Shown here in pieces: positions 39,402-52,001 of a stretch of DNA of 64,000 bases. Source of the DNA: Nemertoderma westbladi (lineage: Eukaryota > Animalia > Xenacoelomorpha); NCBI GenBank assembly GCA_032718475.1, contig JAUCBJ010000407.1, positions 1 to 64,000 of the forward strand, given 5' to 3'. Each line of letters opens with the position of its first letter. Positions within the stretch are counted from its first letter, which is position 1. Below the pieces are notes generated by a model. It did not search any database. It was given only the letters and a program-made list of their open reading frames with translations, and was not told the DNA's origin. The position numbers and the translations under genes are program-made.

Positions 39402-41967
39402 GGGGGGGGGGGGGGGGGGGGGGGGGTACACCCCCCTATGGACCTTTTTTGCAAATGGCTATAATTTCTGCTTATTTGTAATTTTGTATATTTTATACCT
39501 TTCGGGGGATTAACATATGGCCAAAGATTGGGTTCAAACAAATTTTTTCAAATTTGCGTCGCCCTCTAGCGGCCACCAGCGAAATTGTTAATTTCACTAA
39601 AAACACTACTAGTCTCACAATTTTGGGCGAAAATTTTCGAAACTTGGTTTTTCTGAATCAGCATCCTCGGCTCCACAAAACTTATTGGTTACATTTTTGA
39701 TTTAGGTCTTAAATATTTTTTAAATATTATTAACTAATATTAATTATTACTTAATAGATATTAACTAATTTCAAGAAATTAATATGGCAAAATTCAAAAT
39801 TTTAACCGATAACTTTTGATCAAAACCCGAAAAGAAATCAAACAAAAAAAAAATTTCGAAAATTGGTTAAGAAATGGCTGAGTAGTAGTATTTTGAATGT
39901 GAAAAATACAATTCCGAGATAAACGCATTTAAAGTTTAAGGGATAGTTGGAAATTAAGCACACAATCAACACAACCAAACACACCCAAACACAATCAAAC
40001 ACAGTCCAAATGTTAACCAATTTTGTCAAACACAGTCCAAATCAGAAAGCCAAGGTAATTCTACGTCAGTTTGTATAAAAATTATTTTCAAAATGTCCGT
40101 ACAATGCCACTATTATTGCCAATTTGTATCTCAACGCACAGCTGGACTGGTTGCTAGGCACTAGTGACGTTGATTGCTATCACATACCGGCTGACCGCTA
40201 ATCCTCTAATCCAGTAATCTATTCTGTCTGTCAGTAGGGCAGATCCTTGCCGGTACAGATAGACATTTTATCAACTATTTCAGTATTATAGGTATTGTTT
40301 ATCTAATTTATCTTATGAATTCACGAATTACGGTACCAGTATCAGTATGGATGCGTCGAGTAGCAATCTTACCGGTATGAGGGCAGGTAAAACGAGTGCC
40401 GTTTTAACTGTGATGAAAGTATTGGAGATGTACCATAACAAATAGCGGAATAAAATACAATTATTTAAAGAACTAATTATTGGTACGGTACCTCACTACA
40501 TCACTGGCACCGGTCAGCCGGTATGTGATCGCAATACTGCAATATGCCTACCCCTACCGATGTAGCCTGTACAGTACAGCAGTACAGTGTGCAAGGGATA
40601 TAAGGCCAACGTCACTCACTAGTGCCTAGCAACCAGTCCAGCTGTGCGTTGAGATACAAATTGGCAATAATAGTGGCATTGTGCGGACATTTTGAAAATA
40701 ATTTTTATACAAACTGATGTCGAATTACCTTGGCTTTCCATTTGGACTGTGTTTGACAAAATTGGTTAACATTTGGACTGTGTTTGATTGTGTTTGGGTG
40801 TGTTTGGTTGTGTTTGATTGTGTGCTTAATTTCCAACTATCCAAGTTTAAGAACAATATATTTCAAATGTTCCCGCTATTTTCAGTACTGGTATCTCCTT
40901 TTCTTTTCCGATTGGTTATCCCCTATCCATATTTTGTGATTTCTCAATTTTCAATGAAATTTCATGGAATTCATGAAATTTGGTTCAAAAAAACCCCTAC
41001 CCACTTTTAACATCCTGTTAAAATAATTTCAGAGTGCATGCCAAAAAACACTTCGCGCAGCACGTGAACAAATTACATTTTGGCGTATTGATTTGATCGC
41101 ATACTATTTCGTCATTTAGTAATAAATAGTCATGGAATAATGAGATAACCTTAAGAAACATTCAAAATTATATAAAAATTTCCACATAATTTTATAATAA
41201 GCCTTTACACAAAACATTAAGCTTTGCGCAGCACGTAAAACCTTCGCGCAGCACGTGAGACATTTGCCCAGCAGGTGAAGGTTTCACGTAGAACTTAAAT
41301 TCTTCATAAAGCACGTTAATTAATCGAGCACCTCGGAAAGCTTTTTGATCAGAATGAGAAGCCTTCACGCGGCACATGAAAAGTTCATGCTGCACATGAA
41401 GACTTCGCGCAGCACGTGAATTATTCTCAGAGCCTGCGGAATTTAAAAAAAAATAAGTTTATGGTTGTTTCCCAGAATAATTATTACTAGCTATTGTTAT
41501 ATGATGGTTCACATTTGTTATTACTAGTAGACAACTAGTCCATTAGACAACTGTTCAATATGTAATACAAAACTCACAAATATCTATTAAATATATATTA
41601 ATTAATATTTGACGGACATGTTGACAGACAGACAGACATACAAACAGACAGACAAACTGAGAGACAGACTGAGATACAGACATAGTGATTAGATAATTCC
41701 AAATATTAAAACAGACATCGACATTAAGAAAAATCCTAACAGTAAACATTTCAGATTGCTTATTTTATGCCCTTTTTAATATTTCGATGGACAGACAGAC
41801 AGACATACAGACGGAAAACCAGCCATTACTCGAGAAGTAAAAGAGATCTCGCTAAGCCATTTCCAGATTTGAAATCCGCATTAAATTCTACTCTAGATGA
41901 AATAAAAAAACAAAAAATGAAAATTTTGACCTGAGGGGGGGTGTACCCCCCCCCCCCCCCCCCCCCC
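39402..41967. mobile_element. Kolobok-like element with poly-G/poly-C termini and TTAA TSD
   Basis: TTAA-(G)n-TACACCCCCC ... GGGGGGTGTA-(C)n-TTAA; TTAA at 39398-39401 and 41968-41971. Confidence 0.75.
39941..40842. mobile_element. Mutator/MULE-like MITE nested in the Kolobok-like element
   Basis: ~230-bp TIRs starting GGATAGTTGGAAATTAAG; 9-bp TSD AAGTTTAAG (39932-39940, 40843-40851). Confidence 0.9.
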
Positions 41968-43149
41968 TTAAATAGAAATTAAATTAATGAACGTTATTTC
42001 ACCATGAAATCTACGGAATCAATACACAACACACCCACACTACTGAATTTAAAAATTTATATAGATTGCAACTTATATTTGCCTACCTTTTAATGGGTGA
42101 CTAATTTAAATTATTCAACCCTATATATTTGTAGCCTTTTTAATTTGTGCCTCTAATTGAATCAAACATTAAACTAAAATATATGTCACAATATTGGTCT
42201 GTCGGTAGCTGGTCAATGAATCTCTCATAAATTTGTTAATTAGTCGCTGTTCAGTCATTGAACATTTGAACACGTGCTGCTCGAAGACCCCACAACGTGT
42301 ATATTACGTGGTTCATATAACTTTTTTATTTTTTTCCCCTATTCCTAAGTAAACATATTCCAAAGTAAGACGAATTTATTTTTATTAACCAATTAATGAA
42401 ATAATAAATGAATATTCAAACACTGCACCGGACACTCTAAGATGGTGTTTACACATTGTACAAACTGCGAGTCTATATCATATCAAGTACTAATACCGAA
42501 CACCGTTTCAAGCTCACCCTGAACTTAATCTTCACCAACCAAACTCTTCAATCTGCTACCCAAGCACCTGCGCCGTCATCCAGCCCCAGTAGCCGCCACG
42601 AAAGTCGCCCACCTCTAAGGCACAAACCCACAGCGCCCACCAACGCGATGGACAGACGGGCCCTAACCCATCCGAGAACGAACCCTGGACTCATATAACA
42701 TGTGTTAATTGTATAATTAATAATTATAATTAATGTCATAATTCGTAATTAATATATAATAATAATAATCATAATCATAATTAATGTTAATTGGAAGCCA
42801 GCGGTACCATTACCTACAGGCTATTTACTCCACCTAACTAATAATGCTTTAGGGCAAGCTTGTAGCACAGGTGATGTGGGGTTGTGGGCACATGATCAAT
42901 CGTGATACACATACCCTGGCGTATACTGTAATAAATAGAACAGACAGACAGGAGGCACTAAGCAAATGGCAGGGAAGACCTCCCTGTACATTGACTCTCC
43001 AGAGCAGGTTAGCCTCTTTCCGATAGATTTGCTATAGGTGGTAAGCTGGATGGATTTAATCTGTATCCTAATGCAGTAGCAGTTATGTCCTGTAACTGCA
43101 AACGAATGTTATTGTTTACATGTTTTTTATTATATTGTATCATACCTGA

Positions 43150-43205
43150 AAGTTTATCGGGAGACGCGGGTTCGATCCCCGCGGGTGGCGAATTCATTTT
43201 TTCAG
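43150..43205 (+). mobile_element. tRNA-derived fragment (SINE head or tRNA pseudogene 3' half)
   Basis: T-arm/B-box GCGGGTTCGATCCCCGC followed by a T-run; no matching 5' half found. Confidence 0.45.
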
Positions 43206-43856
43206 CTCCAATTGCTATAGAGTTGGTTCATCCCAAGTCCTGTTTAAATTACTTAATAATTTATACAATCTCATGGATGCTAAAAACTTATAAACATTAA
43301 GAATAAGAAGTATAATTTATATACTCTTTATACAACTCTTTTAAATTTAACTGGTTTCTACAAAATTACAAATAAAATGATATTTAATTTTGCAAAAAGC
43401 AGTTATCCCACATTTTTATTCAAATGATGACATTTTTGAAAGAAATAAACATATTTTATCAATAAACATCGTACTCAAGCAAGTATAAATAACCAATAGA
43501 AATAACTTTTGTTATTTTCATTATGATTTCCAAGATTTTACTTTGATAATTGGCGCTTATGCTACACTTGTCTGAATTCTGGGAAGGGGATAAACTGACT
43601 GAAGATCAAAAGCAAATGCCTAGGTTATTTGGTCACTATTTTTCAGATCTTTTTTTATCTTTGCATTTCTGCAAAGGCTAGGTGTGTTTCGCGTACGCTG
43701 TGACGGGATCTGAGTTGGCTTAGGATCCCGACCAGTGTGTGTTGTGTCGTATTTCATATGCGTCACCGCGTCTCAGTTACCACAAAAGGCAGAAAGGCCG
43801 AGGGCTGGTATAATAAGCAGTTTATAGGTTTATCGTTGTTAATAATAGCTGATATA

Positions 43857-45788
43857 CAGTCGGGGTCTCAAAGTGCATCTGTTCTTTGAGATTTTCTCAA
43901 AGAACTAAAAGTGTCTCAAAGTTCTAAAAGTGGTCTAAGAAAATGACAAAGTGTCCTCAAAGATTTCAAAGTAGTACTGTCAGTCATTTCATACAGTCCT
44001 GCCTGAAGCTGGCTATGGAATGGTGTATATTGACTTTGACTAAAGGGTAAAATATAAGTAATAAAAACCTCTATGAAACAATAAAGATGCCTCCAAAAAA
44101 TACTGCAGTAATAAATATTTGTTACTGAAAGTAAGAATTAATTATCACTGCAGTAATAAAAAATTGTATTTTTCTGCAGTAACAAATAATTTGTTACTGC
44201 AGTATAAATTTTTATTCAATTATTTATTAAATTATTAATATTGATTATTCCAGTAATAAATATTTGTTACTGCAGTAATTGTTATATGTTTCGGCAGTAA
44301 CTAATATTTAATACAGCAGTATTTTTTGTAGGTATTTTTATTGTTTCATAGAGGATTTTATTAATTTATATTTTGACTCTTTAGAGACGCCATAATTGCG
44401 GGCTATCGGAATGTGTTGATATTTGTGTCATAGATAGTTTGTCTGTTGCCCTATCTATATTAATGTATGTGCTAAAACTGTACTGTTTAAATTTGTTTAG
44501 CCCACGTGAACGCCTAATACCTTTACTAATGTATTTCAATGGTCAACCAGCCATTCTTTGCCGCACTGTAAATTGTGTTATACAAAGTAAAGAATAACGA
44601 CAGAGGCAGGAATAAAGATAAATGATTCAAGCGCACTAATTGGCTGTTCCCATAGATGTTTTAGGCATTGTTGGTGCGCAATGCATATGGTCAGAGCGAC
44701 CGCCCAGTCTGCCAAAATCTATTATGTAATCAAATGGTACCACAAGCCAAGCAAAGCCTGTGACAGTTCTTTCCGGCTCTGCACCTGTTTGTTTGAAGGT
44801 CACCGTCCGTAGGTCGCTACTTGCTAGCTGTGATTGATAGCTTAAACTGGGTGCCGCTTTGCCAGAAGGCGGTACACATCAATTGAATATCAGGCAAATA
44901 TTTAAAATGTGCTCAAATATAAACGCCAGGGGCAGGGGATATTTTAATATCTCTATTAGGCTAAAACAACACAAGATTGTAGCCGTTCTATCTTAATTGA
45001 AAGTCGAAAGCCTTTCTTAGTTTTTAAGAAGGAATTCTCGCGCTCTCGTCACCATAATTATCATATTAATTGAACAGTTAAGGTAGTACGGTTTGACCTC
45101 ACTCAGGTGACTAATGAAATGAATGCCAAAAGTTATTACAAGCTCTCTCCCAACAGAGCTTCTTTAGGTCATCATAATGAAACTGCGTATACACAGAGAA
45201 ACTACAGTGCAGTTTTTCTTATATTAATTGTTAATCTGATATTGTATTATGTTATTAAAATAATCAATCTTGTCAAGCATTAATCTTGTTACACTAATTA
45301 TGTTTCATGCATTATTTGATTTTTAAGAATGTTTTTTAGAAAGACTTTAGGGCGCCGTAAATTCAATTTGTACTTGCGACCTAAAACCCATCCCGTAATG
45401 ACCTCAGGAACCTCAATATGATAAATTAATGGGAATAGCTTCTAGGCAACAACTGGCAGGCCCACAAGTATCACTTTGTTGCCAGCATGATATTGTTCCC
45501 CGAGAATGGCTCTGCATCTGTTAACTTACCACGACATGTCAATCAGGAATACCTCGGAGTTTATTTTCTCAAAGAATTCAAAGTGCTGCAAACTAACTCA
45601 AAGCGACATGTCTCAAAGAATTCAAAGAATTAAAAGTGCCTAAAAACAGAAAATCACTTTGAGATTCCCAACTAAAAGTGTCTACAAGAATTCAAAGCGG
45701 CCGTTGGGAGTAATGTAATGATTTTAGACACTTTTAGAAAAACTTTGAGAAAATCTCAAAGAACAGATGCACTTTGAGACCCCGACTG
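43857..45788. mobile_element. Tc1/mariner non-autonomous element
   Basis: TIR of at least 46 bp, CAGTCGGGGTCTCAAAGTGCATCTGTTCTTTGAGATTTTCTCAAAG; TA on both sides. Confidence 0.9.
44040..44385. mobile_element. Palindromic MITE nested in the Tc1-like element
   Basis: CTAAAGGGTAAAATATAA..CCTCTATGAAACAATAAA is inverted against TTTATTGTTTCATAGAGG..TATTTTGACTCTTTAG; internal TACTGCAGTA repeats. Confidence 0.7.
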
Positions 45789-46179
45789 TATAGTACTGTA
45801 TAAGTACCGGTAAATACAGCACAATCAGTATACAGTATATAGCACTGCTGATGACTATGACGACGAATGACGATGGTCAAAATCATCCCACTTCCATGGT
45901 AATTAATAGCCAACTGAACATAATCAATATTGAGTAACGGTTTTATACACATCTTATACATTCTTACCTACTTGTTAACCTACCAATTAATAGATACGCG
46001 TTAATTGGACACACACTGTCCCTTCATTGGTTGGTTTTCCCTTCGCCACTCCCTATTTCCTCTGGCCCTATGCTAGCTTCCCCCCTGAGATATGATGTTG
46101 GTATCTATCTCCAAGCTGGCATTATATTGCCCTGTTATTATTATATTTATATATATTATTATTATATAATAATTTAGTA

Positions 46180-46505
46180 TTACAGTGGCAAGTTTTTCTA
46201 ACCAAAACAATAAACGAAAGTCAATAGAACAGGTTACAGTTTTATTTTTGTGATAAATGAAAGACTGGAACGTTTTACAAAATTAAGGGAAAGGAACAGG
46301 TTACAGTGACAAGTTTTTATAAACAAAACAATAAACGAAAGTCAATAGAACAGGTTAAAGTTTTATTTTTGTGATAATTGAAAGACTGGAACGTTTCACA
46401 AAATTAAGGGAAAGGAACACGTTACAGTGACAAGTTTTTAAAACCAAAACAATAAACGAAAGTCAATAGAACAGGTTAGGCCTACAGTTTTATTTTTGCG
46501 ATAAC
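46180..46505. repeat. 121-bp tandem repeat (about 2.7 units) of a dispersed family
   Basis: CAGGTTACAGTG..ACCAAAACAATAAACGAAAGTCAATAGAA; related motifs at about 20590-20660, 21110-21200, 47915-47990 and inverted at 61610-61680 and 61915-61980. Confidence 0.8.
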
Positions 46506-46540
46506 TTTTTTGCAATATCTTTATTTTCGCTTTCATTCTT

Positions 46541-47125
46541 TAGCTACAAACGTTTGAAAAAAGTGACTCCGGCGAAATTGCACCAGTTACACCGCAGTTA
46601 TTCTTTAACCTTAAGGTGATTTGTTGGTACTAGTGGAAAGCTGGTTGTGCAAGGATTCCAAATATGTAACGCAATCTAAATTTCGTCGTAAAATAGCTGA
46701 GATATGAGCGTTTAAATCTTGCATGGTTTTGCAGATGAGAAAAGCCATTTTATTATATTTAATAAATACACCATTCTGGAACATTTTGTTAATGCATAAG
46801 TAGCTAGTGCATTAGTAGCTACCTAATAGTATGATAAGAGGTATTGCATTGTTGCCAAACTACGTATGGGATAAACAAAATGTTCCAGAATATTTTGTAT
46901 TTATTAAATAGAATAAAATGGACTCGCTCATATGCAAACCCATGCAAGTTTTAAGCGCTCATATCTCAGCTATTTTACGACAAAATTTAAATGTATTGTG
47001 TTACATTGGAATCCTTGCACAGCCAGCTTTCTAATATTACCAACAAATTACTCAAGGGTGAAGAATAACTGCGGTGTAACTGGTGCAATTTCGCCGGAAA
47101 CATGTTTTTCAAATGCTTGTAGTTA
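46541..47125. mobile_element. Degenerate foldback MITE
   Basis: TCCGGCGAAATTGCACCAGTTACACCGCAGTTATTC is inverted at about 47062-47098; the arms extend inward about 250 bp. Confidence 0.8.
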
Positions 47126-48434
47126 AATAAGGGCATGTACCTGAATAAAGACACTATACTATTTTATTTCTTGTACTTAAACTTATAAACAATTTAATAA
47201 TCAATATAAACAAATTAATACTTAAACTTACTTAAATCTAAACTGTAAACTACACTATTACTGTAATAGTGTAGTTTATACATTAAGTATTATTCTTGTA
47301 CGTTTCGATCCCTGCTAAAACATGGAATCGAAACTTAACGTTCTAGCATGCTTCCTTCGGCTCTGTGCTCTACCACATCGATCTCCCAAGGGGGAGTCGA
47401 ACGTTAAGCCAATCAGTACGCTGGATGTGGGGATATTTAAAGCCCCTGCACGCGTCAGATCGTCCTTTCTCAGTCAAAATTCCTGCTTCTTGCACAAAAA
47501 GTTTAGGAAACGTTTCGCAAATTATTTTTTTTTAATTTTAATTTGTTCACTATTTCATTATTTAATGTTTGATTATAAAGAAGTTCCTATTTCTCTCAAA
47601 ATTCCTTTAACGTTTTCTATCAACTACACTTTACCGAGTTTCTACCTCTATAAACTTCCTTGATGATATCACGGAGTTGCGAGACCCTAATGCGACGGGC
47701 CCCTTTTTAACGAAAATTTACTCGTCTGTATCGAAGGCTTACTAAACTCTCGAACCTGCTGCTTTTCTCGCCCAGTTCGCCACAATCGTACTCGTCCATC
47801 TAACATTATGCTAATAATAACTGAGACAGGGGGGAAACTTGACGCAAATCCATTCTCGGCGAATTAATTAATATTTAATCTCAATATTAAATTGCATTTA
47901 ACATTTTCAATTTTAGGGAAAGGTACAGGTTACTGTGGCACTTTATTCTAATCAAAACAATAAACGAAACTCAATAGAGAAGGTTACAATTTAATTTTTA
48001 GGAGAATCATATGTTATTTGCGTAGATTTTCTCCTGGAGAGGATGCATTTTGATTGCGACCAATTTCCCACCCCCCCCCCCCCCCCCTCCCCCCATATGT
48101 ATATGTAATAACAATATAGCATAGCTTGTCTTTGTTTAAGCAAGGGGGGGGGGGGGGCAAAAAGTATCATACTGAACATAGGATTATTATTCAAAAGTTA
48201 AAATCTAGAGTGAAAAAACTTTTCTCCAAATAATTAATTATTATACAATTTTTACGCCAATATTATTAATAATTCCAAATTGTTCTTTAAAAGACTACCA
48301 AATGTAATGTTATGATGTTTTTTTTTATATTTATCAACCATTTAATAAGTTAAAAATAGTAAAAAAACGACAATTTTGATGTTACAATAAATCGAACAAC
48401 TGTTGGTGGTGTTACAGAAATTTACCATCGGTGT

Positions 48435-49391
48435 TCATATTGGTGCCGGAGATGGTGTCGGTGTTGGAACAGGTTTGTAATCCTTAACCTTTCGTTCCAT
48501 AATGTCTCGACACGGTCCCATAATTTTTTCGAAGAGCTCCCTATCGACTTTAACCAACTTTAGAGGCCCATCTGCAATAATGGTAGCGGCACGAGGTTGG
48601 TCAAATAACAAAGACAATTCCCCGAAGTAATCGCTTGGTCCGTACTCTTTGAGAGTCATGGGAGGAGAGGAATCTAATGTTAGAAGAGCTTTAGCGTGTC
48701 CTTCGACCACTATAAAGAATTCATGACCTGCATCACCTTGTTGAACAACCACCTCCTTATCTAAGAATGACACTTCTTTTAATGCATCGGCTAATGTCAG
48801 CAATTCCCATGGTTCTAGATTCTTCAATATTTCAACTTTTCCGAGTAATCCCTGATAGAGATTCCTTTTTCTCATGGCAGCGCCCATGAGGAGATATCGA
48901 TAAGTATCGCGATCAATCGCCCACAAATTTAAATCTGTCACGGCTATGACCGTGGCTGCTCTGGGGGTCCCGTGGATCAGGGCTAACTCCCCAAAATTCC
49001 CTCCAGATGGAATGCTCCCGACTTTGATGTCATTGACAAAGCAATGTACACATCCGCTATGGATAACGTAGAAATTATCACCCATATCTCCTTGCTTAAT
49101 GACTACATCTCCGGCGTCCTTTGTTACGGGAAACATGGCATCAAAGATTTCCGCTCTTTGTGCTTCGTCCAGATGATCAAATAAAATGTTTGAATCTATG
49201 GCTTTTTTCAGGGATACCATTACTGATGCATCTTTTGGTATTATCTTTCTCTTGTAATTGGCGATTTCTGCCTCTGTAAATACTTGGGAACTTACGGCTC
49301 CACGTCGTAGAAGACTTGGCTTACGTTTATTTATAGAGAAGGACATTCTGTCCGAAAGGACATCTGCTGGTTTCTTTAAGCAACCTCCCAT
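48435..49391 (-). CDS. PRKAR1: cAMP-dependent protein kinase type I regulatory subunit, single exon, lacking the D/D domain
   Basis: RI-type pseudosubstrate RRGAVS; two cNMP-binding domains with phosphate-binding cassettes FGELALIHGTPRAATV and FGELSLLFDQPRAATI; in-frame TAA at 49404-49406 upstream of the ATG. Confidence 0.93.
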   Translation of the reverse strand: MGGCLKKPADVLSDRMSFSINKRKPSLLRRGAVSSQVFTEAEIANYKRKIIPKDASVMVSLKKAIDSNILFDHLDEAQRAEIFDAMFPVTKDAGDVVIKQGDMGDNFYVIHSGCVHCFVNDIKVGSIPSGGNFGELALIHGTPRAATVIAVTDLNLWAIDRDTYRYLLMGAAMRKRNLYQGLLGKVEILKNLEPWELLTLADALKEVSFLDKEVVVQQGDAGHEFFIVVEGHAKALLTLDSSPPMTLKEYGPSDYFGELSLLFDQPRAATIIADGPLKLVKVDRELFEKIMGPCRDIMERKVKDYKPVPTPTPSPAPI

Positions 49392-49714
49392 GTCTTCTAA
49401 TATTTATACAGTACGATATTTCAAACAGATTACAGCACCAATGCGTTATCTGCAAATTTTTATATTGTTTTAATATATTATTTTCAGCTCTATCGTATTT
49501 TTCAAGGCCTCAACTCAACTATATGTGTAATAATACACATTTAGTTATGCACTAAATTGTGTATTGTAATGTTATGTGTAACTTTAATATAAATCAATAA
49601 ATAATAAATATTGCACAAACTACGATATTTATTTGGAATACGAGGTCGGTTATTAGCCTTCATCAATGTTCTGCTATCAGGGGAGATTATATAGAAATAT
49701 TTGATGGGTGTGAA

Positions 49715-49777
49715 ATACCAATAAAATATTATTTTGCAAGGAGATTCGCTCAGTCCGTTGTTGTTTATTGTTTACAT
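49715..49777 (+). pseudogene. Very short non-LTR reverse transcriptase relic
   Basis: QGDSLSPLLF motif, interrupted by the SINE that follows. Confidence 0.5.
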
Positions 49778-50054
49778 GGTCCCACCTTGGTGTAATGGTT
49801 GCATTGAATTCACATCTCTCGGAGGTCGCGGGTTCAATCCCCACAGATTTCGTTTCGGCACCAATGTTTTGAAGGGACTAACCAGTGCGCATATCTGTTT
49901 TCTCATTGTATCCTTAACTGGTAGTTAAATGAGTACTGGAGTTTCCTATGGCTATGGGGAGTATAGTTCTGGGGGGACCGCACTGGAAATAAGTCGTAAG
50001 ACTTTGTGCGTAATTCCTGTCCTAACAGCGGAAGAAAATTTACTTTTACTTTAC
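49778..50054 (+). mobile_element. tRNA-derived SINE
   Basis: A-box-like TGGTGTAATGG (49788-49798), B-box GGTTCAATCC (49831-49840), central TAAATGAGTAC, (TTTAC)n tail. Confidence 0.7.
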
Positions 50055-51472
50055 ACATCACTGACATAGTTGGTAAAATGAAACTGGCGCAATTGCAATA
50101 ATTATAATATAATAGGCCTACATTCTAATTTATGCATACACTAAGGAACCTACAGGCAGCTCTAAAAAGCGCTGGCGGATTGGGCTTCCAAGCCTTCCTT
50201 TAATTATTGATGATATAGCATCCTAGTTGAAGCTACCGGAAACACACTCAATACTATTGCTAATAGTTATTATCCCTATTGCTAACTCTTACAGTACTGT
50301 ATAACTACGTGGCTATTGCCTTTCAAACAGCTTGAAATTTGCCAAAAACATTACGAATATTACCTGCAAATCAATTATAGCATTACACTACACATCCTCA
50401 TTAAAAAACGTTGGTGACTCTCGCTGGCAACTGCTATGAAACTCTTTAATATCAATATAATATATTGCCAATTGTAACTTTCAACATGGACGAAATTTAG
50501 AGCCTTTTGAAGATTTCAAAACTTAACTCAATGATATATCGAGTGAAGACGGAAACAGAAGTACATGTACTCAATACTCAATATAAAGAAGAGTTCGAAA
50601 AAGACAGGATATTCCGCCCGAGTTTTGGGAGAGTCCGGTTTTCACCAACAAAATCACCAAAAAAGTGGATGGATCCAGTTCAACAATTACGTCACGTAAT
50701 TAGTACAACGCCCATCTGGGTGAGACAGCTTGTTATCACGACCCATGTGACATTTGTGTCTGCAGGTTGTGTGGCTAACCTGCCCAACAACACTAGATCT
50801 CTGCCATCGTGGGTCAATCACGATTAATTCCTACTTTAAGCGTTCTTTTAACTGTCGGCCTACATTATTATTATATAAATCATTATTGGAATTAATTTTA
50901 TTTATAATAATACAGTGACTTTTATCTTTAAAAAAATATATAATCAGAAACAAATCAACAACAAAAGACTTATGAAAATTGTTTCAAAATTTCATTTTTA
51001 TCACTCTTTGTACTCTAATCTAAAATAAACGAAACAACTACATGTAACTATAAAATTTTTAAATTAACAATTTTTTCAAAAAATTTAGTACAAAAAGCAA
51101 CTTTTTAAATTATCTAGCTAGTCTCATATCCAACTATAGAGTTTTTCAAATGAAATTGGGTGTATTAATTTAAGAAAACACGGCATTACTACTACACCTT
51201 GGGTACCCACTTTATGGCCACATTTTTTCATATGAGAATGACTTTTATCATAAGGTTTTTCGTTCTAGTACAATTATTTGACCTTCTGGTAGTAAGATGG
51301 GAGCTAACTAGTGATTTTGATTTTGTCTTAGCTGGTCTTATACTTTTTATTAGCTAGTGTAAAACGAAAATTTTCTAGTGAAAGTGGCATTTATCGTGAG
51401 GGTTTTTTGTTATAAAAGAAACATTTGAGCTTCTGACATTAAGATGGTAGGCCTATAGCGAGTACTTTTATT

Positions 51473-52001
51473 GGGAACAGTTCCGTACGTCCCCCCATTT
51501 TGCGAGATTTTTTTACTATACCATAATACCATGTTTCTTGAGCGTCGCTACTTAAATATTCTAGAACATTCTAAAAAAAGCAGAGAAAATGTGTTCCATT
51601 ATCAATCGCCGTCATTTGTACAGCTTGTGCATGCATTTTAATGAAAAAACTAAGGGAATTGGAAGATTTAGATGCAGAAAAGGAGAATGTAGAGATAACG
51701 AAATTTCAATAACAAAGGGAACATGGTTTGAGGGAGTGAAACTGGCGCCTGAAAAAGTACTTAATATAATATACTGTACTCATACTCTGTCAATGACTCT
51801 TACGACTACTGTCGCCGTGAAGCAATAGATATAAATTCAGAGAACCGTATAAAGTTATTTTTATAAAAAATCAAATATTTGTATGTAATAAACAAATGCA
51901 ATAGTACAATATAAAAAATCTATTCCATAACATTAAATGACCGACAATACACGGGCAATTCAAGTCATTTTAAAAATGGGGGGACGTACGGAACTCTAGC
52001 C
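51473..52001 (+). mobile_element. Merlin (IS1595-like) internal-deletion derivative with transposase fragment
   Basis: GG...CC termini with TIR core AGTTCCGTACGTCCCCCCATTTT; 8-bp TSD CTTTTATT (51465-51472, 52002-52009); peptide FRCRKGECR..ISITKGTWFEGVKL..VLNIIY. Confidence 0.85.

Noticed and set aside
43150-43205. Functional tRNA gene
   Set aside because: Only a T-arm/B-box is recognisable; no D-arm or acceptor stem could be built.
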